Of a stretch of 32,000 nt of DNA, positions 1 through 9,821 are shown in pieces. The stretch spans positions 4,560,001 through 4,592,000 of the forward strand of contig LT962688.1 in NCBI GenBank assembly GCA_900234795.1, given 5' to 3'. This DNA is from Methylorubrum extorquens. GTDB lineage: Bacteria > Pseudomonadota > Alphaproteobacteria > Rhizobiales > Beijerinckiaceae. Position 1 is the stretch's first letter; every line of letters begins with the position of its first letter. The notes under the pieces were generated by a model. The model was not told where the DNA came from, did no database searches, and was given only the letters and a program-made list of their open reading frames with translations. Position numbers and translations under genes: made by a program.

Positions 1-717
1 GTAGGTCAGGGCCTTCAGCACCAGCGCCGAGCGCATCAGTTCGTCCGCCAGCGGCCCGACATAGGCCGCATCCTCCGTCCACAGCACCCAGGCGCGGCGC
101 GTCTCCTCCATCAGGATGCGGGCGTCCGGGCAAGTCTCGGGGGGCGTGTCGAGATAGAGCGCGAAGCTGCAGGCCTGCCCGCCCTCCAGGGTGAAGCGCG
201 CGGCGGCCAATTCGCCCTCCGCGGCGAACGCGGCATCCGAGACGAGGCCGGGGCAGCCCGGCGCGGTGACGCGGTGGCCCTCGACGGCGAGCGGCGCGAA
301 GTCCTCGGCGAAGCCTGCGAGCGGGCGGTACTCGGCGATCATCGAGACGCAGCCCGACACGCCCGTGACGAGGCGCACCAGAAGAGGCCGGCCCGCGCCG
401 CCCTCCGGCCCGACCATGAAGTCGTGAAGCGTCACGAAGCCGGTCTGCGTGGTGAAGGTGGTCTCGAGGATGTTGCTGCGGCTCAAATATTGCCGCACGG
501 TCTCGAAGCGCTCGGTCGGCCGGATCGTGAAATGACCGCCGCGCGTCTTATCGAGCAGGCGCGAGAAGGAGGGGGCGGCGTCGAAGCGCTCGAGGCAGGC
601 CCAGTCGATGCCCCCGTCGCGCGCCACCAGCGCACAGCCCTCGCAATTGCTGAGGAGCGCATAGGCCTCGATCGGCTGATAGGGGCGGGTCTGCGGTTCG
701 GACATCGTCTCGGACAT
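1..717 (-). CDS. glycoside hydrolase family 15 protein (glucoamylase/trehalase-like), N-terminal 239 codons; 3' part lies beyond the window start
   Basis: My own minus-strand translation from ATG at 717 runs open to position 1. It is absent from the ORF track because there is no stop in the window. It reads MSETMSEPQTRPYQPIEAYALLSNCEGCALVARDGGIDWACLERFDAAPSFSRLLDKTRGGHFTIRP...RSALVLKALTY. The PIxxYxLLxxxxxxALVxRDGxIDWxCLxRFD pattern is typical of the GH15 N-terminal domain. Confidence 0.8.
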   Translation of the reverse strand, partial: MSETMSEPQTRPYQPIEAYALLSNCEGCALVARDGGIDWACLERFDAAPSFSRLLDKTRGGHFTIRPTERFETVRQYLSRSNILETTFTTQTGFVTLHDFMVGPEGGAGRPLLVRLVTGVSGCVSMIAEYRPLAGFAEDFAPLAVEGHRVTAPGCPGLVSDAAFAAEGELAAARFTLEGGQACSFALYLDTPPETCPDARILMEETRRAWVLWTEDAAYVGPLADELMRSALVLKALTY

Positions 718-874
718 GGTCGTTCCTGGGGCGCCGCAGGCCGGCCGCCCGGTTTCGGGGCTCGAGCGCATTCCGACGACGTGGTGGCCGGGTCGTCGAA
801 AGAATGCGCGTCAAAACAAGGATCGAGAGGCGCCGGCCTGATGTCATCAGGTCGGAGACGGCTCTAGGAAGAGG

Positions 875-1792
875 TCAGGCGCCGAGGCGGAAGGCCGGCT
901 CCACCAGGCCGCGGACGCCGATATCCACGAGCAGGGTGCGCCCGTGCTCGGGGTCCTCCGCCCGGGCGGCCTCGTCCATGCCCTCGTAGGCCGTGGTCAG
1001 GAGGAGCCGGTCGAGGTCGTGTCCGGCGAAGGTCGGGCAGGTGGGCTGGCGCACCGGGACGGACACGGTGCGCACCCGCTCGCCCGCCGGGCTGTAGGCA
1101 TCGAGGCAGGCGCCGCCGAAGCGCGCGGTCCAGATCAGCCCCTCGGCATCCACCGCCGCGCCGTCGATCCCGCCCTCTCCGTCGCTGTGATCGTAATGGG
1201 TCTCGGGCGCGCTCACGGGCAGGCCGGTGGCGGGGTCGAGCGCGACGCGGCGCAGGATGCCCTCGTCGGTATCGACGAAATAGCCGGTCGCGCCGTCCGG
1301 CGAGAAGGCGATCCCGTTGGGGATCGACAGGCCGGAGAACAGCCGCGTCACCCGCGTGCCGGCAACGTGGTAGATCGCGCCGCGTCCGGTCTCGGCGTCC
1401 CGGCCCATGGTGCTGATCCAGAGCGCGCCGCTCGGATGGACCCGGCCGTCATTGGAGCGCGTGCCGGCATCCTCCGCTTCCAGCGGGCAGAACAGGCTCA
1501 GTTGCCCGTCGCGGATCGTACGGATGTAGAGCCCGTCCTCCGCCGAGAGGAGTTGCCGCTCGGCGTCGATGGCGGCGACGTCGCTCGCCATGAACGGCAG
1601 GGCGTGCAGCTTCGCCGGGCCGGCGCCCTCGCTCAGGGGCAATTCGAACAGGCGGTTCTCCAGGATATCGACCCACCACGCCGTGTCGGTCGCCGGATCG
1701 TAGCTGGGCCCCTCGCCGAGATGGCAGCGGGACGGATCGAGGACGCGGATCGACGGAGATGCGGCCAAATCGGGACATTCCTCTGAAATCAA
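875..1792 (-). CDS. SMP-30/gluconolactonase/LRE family protein
   Basis: 305-aa ORF. Contains LGEGPSYDP...WWVDI near the N-terminus and repeated beta-propeller-like blades (NDGRVHPSGALW, PNGIAFSPDG, GGIDGAAVDAEG). The start is a TTG and is uncertain. Confidence 0.8.
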   Translation of the reverse strand: MISEECPDLAASPSIRVLDPSRCHLGEGPSYDPATDTAWWVDILENRLFELPLSEGAGPAKLHALPFMASDVAAIDAERQLLSAEDGLYIRTIRDGQLSLFCPLEAEDAGTRSNDGRVHPSGALWISTMGRDAETGRGAIYHVAGTRVTRLFSGLSIPNGIAFSPDGATGYFVDTDEGILRRVALDPATGLPVSAPETHYDHSDGEGGIDGAAVDAEGLIWTARFGGACLDAYSPAGERVRTVSVPVRQPTCPTFAGHDLDRLLLTTAYEGMDEAARAEDPEHGRTLLVDIGVRGLVEPAFRLGA

Positions 1793-2024
1793 CGACCGTT
1801 GACGTCTGTCGAAAAGAGAAGTTCCGCGGGTTTTACGAAGACTTAGACCATGATCTGAGCTTGCCTGTGCTACGTCTGGGGCGGAATTTTCATCCGCCCA
1901 CGTCGTTCCGCTGGGGCTTTGCAGCCCATCGCCGGGCCGTTCCGCCGTCGCACTCGCCCCGGCGGGTTTCAGCGCCTAGAACGCTTCGCGAGCGCCCGCT
2001 CACGGGCGCGAGAGGACTGACGCA

Positions 2025-3398
2025 ATGGACATGCAGGCTCCGCCCGGCCACGCGGCGCCGCGCTTGGTGCCGCCTGTGCCGGTGCCGCCGGAAAAGGAAT
2101 TGCCGACTCTGCGCTTCATCGCGGCGATGCGGGTAAACGGAATCGCGTGCTGGCCGGCCTCCGCCTACGAGGCGCCCCTGCGCCGCCGACGGCTGCTCGG
2201 GCGCACGCGCTTCACCGTCAGCGATCCGGACCTGGTGCGGCACGTGCTGGTGGACAACGCCGCCAATTATGCCCGCACCCCGATCACCATCCGCATGCTG
2301 CGGCCGATGCTAGGCGACGGCCTGCTCATCAGCGAGGGGACGGCATGGCGCCACCAGCGGCGCGCGCTGGCGCCCGCCTTCACCCCGCGGGCGGTGGAGA
2401 CGCTGGTGCCCCACATCCTGTCGGCGAGCGACGAGGCGGTCGCGGCCCTCGAAGGCCCGGCGGCGCGGGGACCGATCGATCTGTTCGCCGCGCTCCAGCG
2501 GCTCGCCCTGGAGATCGCCGGGCGCACCATGTTCTCTGTCGGCATGGCCCGCCACGGCGACCGCCTGCGCGGCTTCCTCGAAGCCTACGCCGCGCGGCTC
2601 GGGCGCCCCCACCTGACCGATCTGGTCGTGCCCTTGCGCTTCGCCACGCCGCTCGACCGGGCCCGCGCCCGCTTCCGCCGCGACTGGGTCGGCTTCCTCG
2701 ATGAGGTCATCGCCGACCGCGACGAGGGCCAGAGCGGGCGTCACGTCGGGGGCCGGGGCGAGGCGCGCGACCTACTCGACCTGCTGCGGGCCGCCCGCGA
2801 TCCCGAGACCGGCCGGGGCTTCTCGCACGAGGAGCTGCGCGATCAGGTCGCCACCATGATCCTGGCCGGGCACGAGACCACGGCGGTGACGCTGCTCTGG
2901 GCCTGCACCCTTCTCGCGCTCGCGCCGGAAACGCAAGCAGCCGTGGCGGCAGAATCGGAGAGCGCGGATAAACCGTTCACCCGCGCGGTGATCGAGGAGA
3001 CGATGCGGCTCTACCCGCCCGCCTTCGTGCTGGCCCGCCGCGCGCTCGGTCCGGACGAACTGGCCGGCGAGGCGGTCCGGCCCGGCGACAGCGTGACGAT
3101 CTCGCCCTGGCTGCTGCACCGGCACCGCAAGCTGTGGTGCGACCCCGACGCCTTCGATCCGAGCCGCTTCCTGCCCGGCGCGCCGCCGGTGCCGCGCTTT
3201 GCTTACCTGCCCTTCGGGGCGGGGCCGCGGGTCTGCATCGGCGCGGCCTTCGCGCTCACCGAGGCGACGCTCGCGCTGAGCCGGATCGTCGGGCATTTCC
3301 GGATCGAGCGAGCCGATGCCCGCCCAGTGCTGCCGGCGGCCGTGGTGACGACCCAGCCCGACCACGCCCCCGCCTTCCGGCTGACGCGGCGGGCCTGA
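2025..3398 (+). CDS. cytochrome P450
   Basis: 457-aa ORF with the I-helix AGHETT, the ExxR motif (EETMRLYPP) and the heme-thiolate loop FLPFGAGPRVCIGAAFA. Confidence 0.9.
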   Translation: MDMQAPPGHAAPRLVPPVPVPPEKELPTLRFIAAMRVNGIACWPASAYEAPLRRRRLLGRTRFTVSDPDLVRHVLVDNAANYARTPITIRMLRPMLGDGLLISEGTAWRHQRRALAPAFTPRAVETLVPHILSASDEAVAALEGPAARGPIDLFAALQRLALEIAGRTMFSVGMARHGDRLRGFLEAYAARLGRPHLTDLVVPLRFATPLDRARARFRRDWVGFLDEVIADRDEGQSGRHVGGRGEARDLLDLLRAARDPETGRGFSHEELRDQVATMILAGHETTAVTLLWACTLLALAPETQAAVAAESESADKPFTRAVIEETMRLYPPAFVLARRALGPDELAGEAVRPGDSVTISPWLLHRHRKLWCDPDAFDPSRFLPGAPPVPRFAYLPFGAGPRVCIGAAFALTEATLALSRIVGHFRIERADARPVLPAAVVTTQPDHAPAFRLTRRA

Positions 3399-3402
3399 AC
3401 CC

Positions 3403-3534
3403 TCAGAAGTCCACCGAGGCGGAGAGCAGCACCGTCCGCGGCGTTCCCTGAGCGAGGATGCCGCGCCCCGACGTCGCCCCGTCGTTGTTGCCCGTCACTT
3501 TGCTGACGTTTGCTCGCAGCGTCAGCGGCCTGTC
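3403..3534 (-). pseudogene. C-terminal relic (about 43 codons plus stop) of an outer-membrane beta-barrel gene, TonB-dependent-receptor-like
   Basis: Minus-strand translation gives DRPLTLRANVSKVTGNNDGATSGRGILAQGTPRTVLLSASVDF followed by a stop at 3403-3405. The terminal PRTxxLSxSxxF ending in Phe is the classic last beta-strand of TonB-dependent receptors. Upstream in the same frame the sequence stops looking protein-like, and the minE terminator lies only about 80 bp away. Confidence 0.4.
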
Positions 3535-3610
3535 CCGGAGTAAGGTGGCACGGCAAGGCCGAGCGCTTCGTCCAAGGCGTCCTTGCGCGAATGAGCGCCT
3601 GTCCGTCCGC

Positions 3611-3650
3611 CAACAAAAAGACCTGCGGCACCCGTTCGGGGCCGCAGGTC
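3611..3650 (-). terminator. intrinsic terminator of the minCDE operon
   Basis: 10-bp perfect stem GACCTGCGGC (3620-3629) / GCCGCAGGTC (3641-3650). On the minus strand it is followed by TTTTTGTTG (A-run 3615-3619), 26 nt after the minE stop. Confidence 0.75.
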
Positions 3651-3675
3651 GTGGTTCGTCCGGAGGGCCGGCGGG

Positions 3676-3963
3676 TCAGGCGATGGCGCGCTTGACCTTC
3701 GCCTTCGGCTTGATGACCGCATCGACGGGGAATTCGATATCGACGCCGAGCGTCGAGACGCCTTCGCCCCGCTCCAGCTTGATCTGCACCTTGTCGCGCT
3801 CGACCGTGACGTGCTTGGCGATCACGTTCAGGATCTCTTCGCGCAACGTGATGATCAGGTCGGGCCGCCCGTTCTCCACGCGCTCGTGCGCGAGGATGAG
3901 CTGAAGGCGTTCGCGGGCGACCGAACCGGAGCCGCGCGGCTTGAGGAAGGTCAGGACACTCAT
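3676..3963 (-). CDS. minE: cell division topological specificity factor MinE
   Basis: 95-aa ORF MSVLTFLKPRGSGSVARERLQLILAHER... It overlaps the minD stop by 4 nt. Confidence 0.92.
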   Translation of the reverse strand: MSVLTFLKPRGSGSVARERLQLILAHERVENGRPDLIITLREEILNVIAKHVTVERDKVQIKLERGEGVSTLGVDIEFPVDAVIKPKAKVKRAIA

Positions 3964-4775
3964 GCGGCCCTCCGTGTGAACAGCTTGTTGATCAGGGATT
4001 TACGGTCGGAAGGGATCGCCATCGGCACGGTCTCGCCCTTCAGGCGACGCACGGCATCGATGTAGGCGCGCGAGGGCGCGCAGAGCGGGTTGTTGAGCGT
4101 CACCGGGCAGCCGACATTCGAGGCGCGCAGCACTTCGAGGCTTTCCGGGATGATGGCCAGCAGCGGGATCGAGAGGATCTCGAGCACGTCATCGACCTTG
4201 AGCATGTCGCCACGGTCGGCACGGGCCGGGTCGAAGCGGGTCAGGATCAGGTGCTTCTCGATCGTGTCGCCGCGCTCGGCGCGGACGGTCTTGGAGTCGA
4301 GCAGGCCGATGATCCGGTCCGAGTCGCGCACCGAGGAGACCTCGGGGTTCGTCACCACCACGGCCACGTCGGCGTGGCGCATGGCAAGCTGGGCGCCGCG
4401 CTCGATGCCGGCGGGGCTGTCGCAGACGATCCAGTCGAACTTCTCGCGCAGCTCGCCCATCACCCGCTCGACGCCCTCGTCGGTGAGCGCGTCCTTGTCG
4501 CGGGTCTGCGAGGCGGGCAGCAGGGAGAGGTTCTCGAGACGCTTGTCGCGGATCAGCGCCTGCGGCAGCTTGGCGTCGCCGTTGGTGACGTTGATCAGGT
4601 CGTAGACCACGCGGCGCTCGGCGCCCATGATCAGGTCGAGGTTGCGCAGGCCGACGTCGAAATCGACCACGCAGACCTTCTCGCCGGCCTGCGCCAGCGC
4701 CGCACCGAGCGCTGCCGTCGTGGTCGTCTTGCCGACGCCGCCCTTACCGGACGTGACACAAAGAACCTTGGCCAT
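3960..4775 (-). CDS. minD: septum site-determining ATPase MinD
   Basis: 271-aa ORF with the deviant Walker A SGKGGVGKTT and a C-terminal amphipathic helix (KSLINKLFTRR). It lies between minC and minE. Confidence 0.95.
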   Translation of the reverse strand: MAKVLCVTSGKGGVGKTTTTAALGAALAQAGEKVCVVDFDVGLRNLDLIMGAERRVVYDLINVTNGDAKLPQALIRDKRLENLSLLPASQTRDKDALTDEGVERVMGELREKFDWIVCDSPAGIERGAQLAMRHADVAVVVTNPEVSSVRDSDRIIGLLDSKTVRAERGDTIEKHLILTRFDPARADRGDMLKVDDVLEILSIPLLAIIPESLEVLRASNVGCPVTLNNPLCAPSRAYIDAVRRLKGETVPMAIPSDRKSLINKLFTRRAA

Positions 4776-4787
4776 TCTCGTTTCCCC

Positions 4788-5549
4788 TTAACCCAAGGCT
4801 GCAATTTTGATCGCGCCGCCGTCGGACCAGATCTGGACCGCTTGACCGCGCAGGTGAGTGCCCATGTCCTCGGCCGTGCGGACGAGGCGGTCGATGCCGA
4901 GAAGCTCGGGCTCGAACTTGCGGCAGTAGATGCGTGCGCGAGGGTTGCGGGCGGCGCCCGCGATGGCCCGCCCGCGCAGGGCGCCGTAGACGTGGATGGA
5001 GCCGCCCGCGAGGATCTCGGCGCCCGAGGACACCGAGCCCATCACGGTCACGTCCCCCTCGCGGTGGACGATGCTTTGGCCCGAACGCACCGAGCCCTCG
5101 ATGGTGAGGGACGACACGCCCGGCTTCTCTTCCTCGAACGCCGGCGCCTCGAAGACGTCGCCGGCGGGGCGACCGCCGACGAGCCGCGGCGGCAAGAGCG
5201 AGGGCAGCGGGGCCTCCGCACCCTCGATGCCGAGGATACGGAGCTTCCGGGCCGACAGCTCGGCGATCAGGGTCTCCAACTCGGACGGCGCGGCTTTGAG
5301 GCCGGCGACGTTGAGGATCACGGCCCTGTCGTCGAACAGCGTGGCCGATCGCTTCAGGGCTGCGTCCAGGAGGGCGAGCCATTCGGCGAGGGGAGCTTCC
5401 GGCACCAATGAGACGGCGCGGAACACGCGGCCTCGCAGGGGCAGAGAGGGGCGGGTGGGAGCGGGGCTGGTCACGGGCGTTGACGTTTCCTTACCGACAC
5501 GCCCATTGACCGCCGGGATGGTTACCGGGGAGTTAATTTTTACGCGCAC
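4788..5549 (-). CDS. minC: septum site-determining protein MinC (operonic copy)
   Basis: 253-aa ORF. The C-terminal beta-helix domain reads VRSGQSIVHREGDVTVMGSVSSGAEILAGGSIHVYGALRGRAIAG. It sits directly upstream of minD. The exact start is uncertain and may be shorter. Confidence 0.85.
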   Translation of the reverse strand: MRVKINSPVTIPAVNGRVGKETSTPVTSPAPTRPSLPLRGRVFRAVSLVPEAPLAEWLALLDAALKRSATLFDDRAVILNVAGLKAAPSELETLIAELSARKLRILGIEGAEAPLPSLLPPRLVGGRPAGDVFEAPAFEEEKPGVSSLTIEGSVRSGQSIVHREGDVTVMGSVSSGAEILAGGSIHVYGALRGRAIAGAARNPRARIYCRKFEPELLGIDRLVRTAEDMGTHLRGQAVQIWSDGGAIKIAALG

Positions 5550-5845
5550 CGGGCAAGAATTGCCGGGCAGGATTTTTCCGGTCCTCCCCCGCCGCCCGGA
5601 AAAGCGTCGTCGGGTCAGTGGTTTGGCCGAAATATACCGGGTGGAAACAATCCTTAAGCCGACCTGTGCCCGTGGGATCGCTGGATCCTGTGATCGGCGC
5701 GAATCAAGCCGACGGTCCCGGCTTCGCTACGATGGCACACGATTTTTGGTGCAACCCCGGATTAACGGGGCCTTAGGCGCGCCGTGACCATCATTTGTTT
5801 AAGCGCCGCCCCCGTGCAGCGCATTTGACCCCGCGGATCAGCGCA

Positions 5846-7534
5846 ATGCGTGCCATCGCCAACCTCTCCATTATCGCCAAACTCGTCGTCGTCTTCGCGC
5901 TCGTCATCCTCGCCGTTTGCGGCTCCACCTTTGTCAGTTGGCGTAGCCTCGGCACGATCGAGGAAACCAACCGCTGGCGCGACCATACCTACCAAGTCCT
6001 CCTGGATCTCGACCGGCTGACGGCCAGCATGGTGGATCGGGAGACGGGCCTGCGCGGCTACCTCGTCTCGGCCGACCCCGCCTTCCTCGAACCGTTCCAC
6101 GCCGGAACCCAGCACTATGCCGAGGCGCTGGGGCGTCTGCGCAGGCTCGTCTCCGACAACGCCGAGCAGCTTCGCCGGCTCGACGCCCTCGATACGGCCG
6201 CGGGCCAGTGGAGCCGCGATGTCGCCGAGCGCGAGATCGCGCTGATGCGTGACGAGGCGAGCCAGGCGCAGGCGCGCCGGATCGAGGCATCCGGTGCCGG
6301 CAAGAGCGCCATGGACACGGTGCGCAAGGTCGCCGGAACGATCGCCGACACCGAGCGGGCCCTGCTGGAAACGCGCACCCGGATCGCGGAGGAGGCCGCG
6401 ACGGCGTCTCGCTTCGCCGTCGGCGCGGGCCTCGCGGCGCTGCTGATCGTCGCCGGCCTCGGCATCCTGCTGCTCAACGGCTTCGTCGCACGCCCCATTC
6501 GCCGCATGACCGGGCTGATGAGCCGCCTCGCGGAGGGTGATGCCAGCGTCGAGATTCCCTTCCGTGAGCGCCGCGAGGAGGCCGGGGCGATGGCGAACGC
6601 GGTTCAGGTGTTCAAGGACAACCTGATCCGCACCCGCGCCCTGGAGGACGAAACCGCCCTGGCGCGGGCCGGTGCCGAGGCGCAGCGCAAGGCGGCGATG
6701 CGCGACATGGCCGACAACTTCGAGCGCGCGGTGAGCGGCATCGTCGGCACCGTCTCTGCGGCCGCCACCGAGTTGCAGGCGACCGCGCGGAGCATGGCCG
6801 GCACCGCCTCGCAGACGGCCGACCAATCGAACGCCGCCGCTGCCGCCGCGGAAGAGGCCGCCACCAATGTCGGCACGGTTGCCGCGGCGGCCGAGGAGCT
6901 TGGCGCCTCGGTGCAGGAGATCGCCCGGCAGGTCACCGGCTCGACCACGCTGGCGCAGAAGGCCGTCGTCGAGGCCGAGGGCACCGCGCAACTCGTGCAG
7001 GATCTCAGCGTCGCCGCCGCGCGGATCGGCGACGTGGTGGGCCTGATCTCCACCATCGCCGGCCAGACCAACCTGCTCGCGCTCAACGCCACCATCGAAG
7101 CGGCACGCGCGGGCGAAGCGGGCCGTGGCTTCGCCGTGGTTGCCGCCGAGGTCAAGGAACTCGCCAACCAGACTGCGCGCGCCACCGACGAGATTTCGGG
7201 GCAGATCGGACAGGTCCAGGCCATCACCGGGCAGGCGGTCACGGCCATCAGCGATATCGCGGCCCGCATCCGCGAGATCGACGGGCTGGCCGGCTCGATC
7301 GCCGCGGCGGTGGAGGAGCAGGGCGCGGCGACCCAGGAGATCGTGCGCAACGTCTCCGAGGCGTCCGCCGGCACCGGTGCGGTGACAGGCAACGTTGCGA
7401 GCGTCGCGGTGGCGGCCGAGGAGACCGGGGCGGCCGCGAACCGAGTCCTGACGTCCGCCTCAGAGCTGTCGCAGCAATCCGAGCGGCTCGACGGCCAGGT
7501 CCGCCACTTCCTCGAGACGGTGCGGGCCGCCTGA
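5846..7534 (+). CDS. methyl-accepting chemotaxis protein with CHASE3 sensor, HAMP and MA domains
   Basis: The ORF track gives 5795..7534. I prefer ATG 5846 ([24 protein letters not shown] is the first TM helix). CHASE3-like segment [41 protein letters not shown]. Signalling hairpin [37 protein letters not shown]. Confidence 0.9.
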   Translation: MRAIANLSIIAKLVVVFALVILAVCGSTFVSWRSLGTIEETNRWRDHTYQVLLDLDRLTASMVDRETGLRGYLVSADPAFLEPFHAGTQHYAEALGRLRRLVSDNAEQLRRLDALDTAAGQWSRDVAEREIALMRDEASQAQARRIEASGAGKSAMDTVRKVAGTIADTERALLETRTRIAEEAATASRFAVGAGLAALLIVAGLGILLLNGFVARPIRRMTGLMSRLAEGDASVEIPFRERREEAGAMANAVQVFKDNLIRTRALEDETALARAGAEAQRKAAMRDMADNFERAVSGIVGTVSAAATELQATARSMAGTASQTADQSNAAAAAAEEAATNVGTVAAAAEELGASVQEIARQVTGSTTLAQKAVVEAEGTAQLVQDLSVAAARIGDVVGLISTIAGQTNLLALNATIEAARAGEAGRGFAVVAAEVKELANQTARATDEISGQIGQVQAITGQAVTAISDIAARIREIDGLAGSIAAAVEEQGAATQEIVRNVSEASAGTGAVTGNVASVAVAAEETGAAANRVLTSASELSQQSERLDGQVRHFLETVRAA

Positions 7535-7614
7535 GGCGATCCGGGAACCCCATCGCCCCGGCTGACCGGCGTGATGGGGTTCCGAAGTCCTCGTTCGTGA
7601 GGGACGCCGCATGA

Positions 7615-7651
7615 AAAAGGCCCCGATGCGTTCGCCGCATCGGGGCCTTTT
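7615..7651. terminator. bidirectional intrinsic terminator between the MCP gene and typA
   Basis: AAAAGGCCCCGATGCG (7615-7630), 5-nt loop, CGCATCGGGGCCTTTT (7636-7651). This is a 16-bp perfect dyad with an A-run on one side and a T-run on the other. A second 11-bp hairpin lies at 7544-7554/7573-7583 just after the MCP stop. Confidence 0.8.
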
Positions 7652-7676
7652 CGTTTCGGAGGATGAAGCGGAGCTT

Positions 7677-9503
7677 TTAGCCCGTCAGCGCTTCCTTCGA
7701 GCGCTCGAAGCGCTTGCGCTCGTTCGGGTCGAGGTGGATCTTGCGCAGGCGGATCGACTTCGGCGTGACTTCCATCAGCTCGTCGTCCTGAATCCAGGCC
7801 AGCGACTTCTCCAGCGTCATCCGGATCGGCGGCGTCAGGCGCACGGCCTCGTCCTTCGAGGTGGTGCGGATGTTGGTGAGCTTCTTGCCCTTGAGCACGT
7901 TCACCTCGAGGTCGTTCTCGCGGTTGTGCTCGCCGACGATCATGCCCTGATAGACCTTGGCGCCGGGCTCGATCATCATCGGGCCGCGGTCTTCGAGGTT
8001 CCACATGGCGTAGGCCACGGCCTCACCCTTGTCGTTCGAGATCAGCACGCCGTTGCGGCGGCCGGCGATCTCGCCCTTGTAGGCCTCGTAAGCCTTGAAC
8101 AGGCGGTTCATGATCGCGGTGCCGCGGGTGTCGGTCATCAGCTCGCCCTGGTAGCCGATGAGGCCGCGGGTCGGAGCGTGGAAGACGAGCCGGAGACGGT
8201 TGCCGCCCGAGGGCCGCATCTCGATCATCTCGGCCTTGCGCTCGGACATCTTCTGCACGACGACGCCCGAATACTCCTCGTCGACGTCGATCACGACCTC
8301 TTCGACCGGCTCCAGGATTTCGCCGGCCTCGTCCTTCTCCAGCACGACGCGCGGACGCGACACGGCAATTTCGAAGCCCTCGCGGCGCATGGTCTCGATC
8401 AGGATCGAGAGCTGCAGCTCGCCGCGGCCGGAGACGTAGAACGAGTCCTTGTCGGCGGCTTCCTCGATCTTGAGCGTGACGTTGCCCTCGGCCTCCTTGA
8501 ACAGGCGGTCGCGGATCATGCGGCTCGTGACCTTGTCGCCCTCGGTGCCGGCCAGCGGCGAATCGTTGACGATGAAGGACATGGTGACGGTCGGCGGGTC
8601 GATCGGCTGGGCCTGGATCGGCTCGTTGACGGCCGGATCGCAGAAGGTATCCGCCACGGTGCCCTTGAGCAGACCGGCGATGGAGACGATGTCGCCCGCC
8701 TCGCCGATATCGATCGGCGCGCGCTCCAGCCCGCGGAAGGCCAGGATCTTCGAGACGCGACCGGTCTCCACGACCTTGCCGTCGCGCGAGAGCACCTTGA
8801 TCGACTGGTTCGGCTTCACCGTGCCCGAGGCGATGCGCCCGGTGATGATGCGGCCGAGGAAGGGGTTGGCTTCGAGCAGGGTGCCGAGCATCCGGAACGG
8901 ACCGTCCTCGACGCGGGCCTGCGGCACGTGCTTGAGCACGAGGTCGAACAGCGGCGCGAGGCCGACATCCGGCGAGGCGTCCGGCGAATCGGCCATCCAG
9001 CCGTTGCGGCCCGAACCGTAGAGGATCGGGAAGTCGAGCTGCTCGTCGGTGGCGTCGAGCGCCGCGAACAGGTCGAACACCTCGTTCACGACCTCGTTGA
9101 TGCGCGCGTCCGGACGGTCGACCTTGTTGATGGCCACGATCGGGCGAAGGCCGATCTTGAGCGCCTTGCCGACCACGAACTTGGTCTGCGGCATCGGCCC
9201 CTCGGCGGCGTCGACCAGCACGATCACGCCGTCGACCATCGAGAGGATGCGCTCGACCTCACCGCCGAAATCGGCGTGGCCGGGGGTATCGACGATGTTG
9301 ACGCGGGTATCCTGCCAGACGACCGAGGTCGCCTTGGCCAGGATCGTGATGCCACGCTCCTTCTCGAGGTCGTTGGAGTCCATCGCCCGCTCCTCGACCC
9401 GCTGGTTTTCGCGGAAGGTGCCAGACTGCTGAAGCAGCTTGTCGACCAGCGTCGTCTTGCCATGGTCGACGTGGGCGATGATGGCGATGTTGCGCAGCTT
9501 CAT
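7677..9503 (-). CDS. typA: translational GTPase TypA/BipA
   Basis: Track ORF is 7677..9617. I place the start at ATG 9503 ([22 protein letters not shown]1 motif), giving 608 aa. [12 protein letters not shown] (G3) and NKVDR (G4) are present. Confidence 0.93.
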   Translation of the reverse strand: MKLRNIAIIAHVDHGKTTLVDKLLQQSGTFRENQRVEERAMDSNDLEKERGITILAKATSVVWQDTRVNIVDTPGHADFGGEVERILSMVDGVIVLVDAAEGPMPQTKFVVGKALKIGLRPIVAINKVDRPDARINEVVNEVFDLFAALDATDEQLDFPILYGSGRNGWMADSPDASPDVGLAPLFDLVLKHVPQARVEDGPFRMLGTLLEANPFLGRIITGRIASGTVKPNQSIKVLSRDGKVVETGRVSKILAFRGLERAPIDIGEAGDIVSIAGLLKGTVADTFCDPAVNEPIQAQPIDPPTVTMSFIVNDSPLAGTEGDKVTSRMIRDRLFKEAEGNVTLKIEEAADKDSFYVSGRGELQLSILIETMRREGFEIAVSRPRVVLEKDEAGEILEPVEEVVIDVDEEYSGVVVQKMSERKAEMIEMRPSGGNRLRLVFHAPTRGLIGYQGELMTDTRGTAIMNRLFKAYEAYKGEIAGRRNGVLISNDKGEAVAYAMWNLEDRGPMMIEPGAKVYQGMIVGEHNRENDLEVNVLKGKKLTNIRTTSKDEAVRLTPPIRMTLEKSLAWIQDDELMEVTPKSIRLRKIHLDPNERKRFERSKEALTG

Positions 9504-9821
9504 CGGAGATCTCGAGCCGTTCGGAAACTTGGAGCCCGGCCATAAAGCGCCGTGTCGCGGGCCGTGTTTCGACGGTCGTGACGCCAGGGTACGGATTCGG
9601 GCGGTATCGCGTCGCAATATAAGGTGTCGCCCGATCCGGCAAGTGCGCGTGGCGCCGTGGCGGTCGCGGGAGCCATGCCTTCACCCCGTGGCAAGACCGG
9701 CCGAGGCATGACGCGTGTTCGATCGTGCCTTGATGTCGGACCTCTGTGGGGCGTGGTCGGCTTGAATGACGGCGTGCCGGCGTTTCCGCTCCGGTTAGGC
9801 CCTGCGGGACGGTGATCGAAG

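Noticed and set aside
3546-3561. TGGCACG motif that looked like a sigma-54 -24 box
   Set aside because: The position 10 nt after GG reads CC, not GC, so there is no -12 element. It lies in a convergent intergenic region with nothing downstream to transcribe.
5762-8004. Long minus-strand ORFs (5762-6991 and 6604-8004) overlapping the chemoreceptor gene
   Set aside because: They are low-complexity Arg/Ala/Gly/Pro-rich translations. The plus strand encodes a complete CHASE3-HAMP-MA chemoreceptor.
7611-9545. 644-aa ORF exactly antisense to typA
   Set aside because: The translation has no recognisable motifs and a biased composition (Asp, Leu, Arg, Ala, Gly, His). typA on the other strand has every GTPase motif. 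Antisense open frames are expected when the third codon position is almost always G or C.
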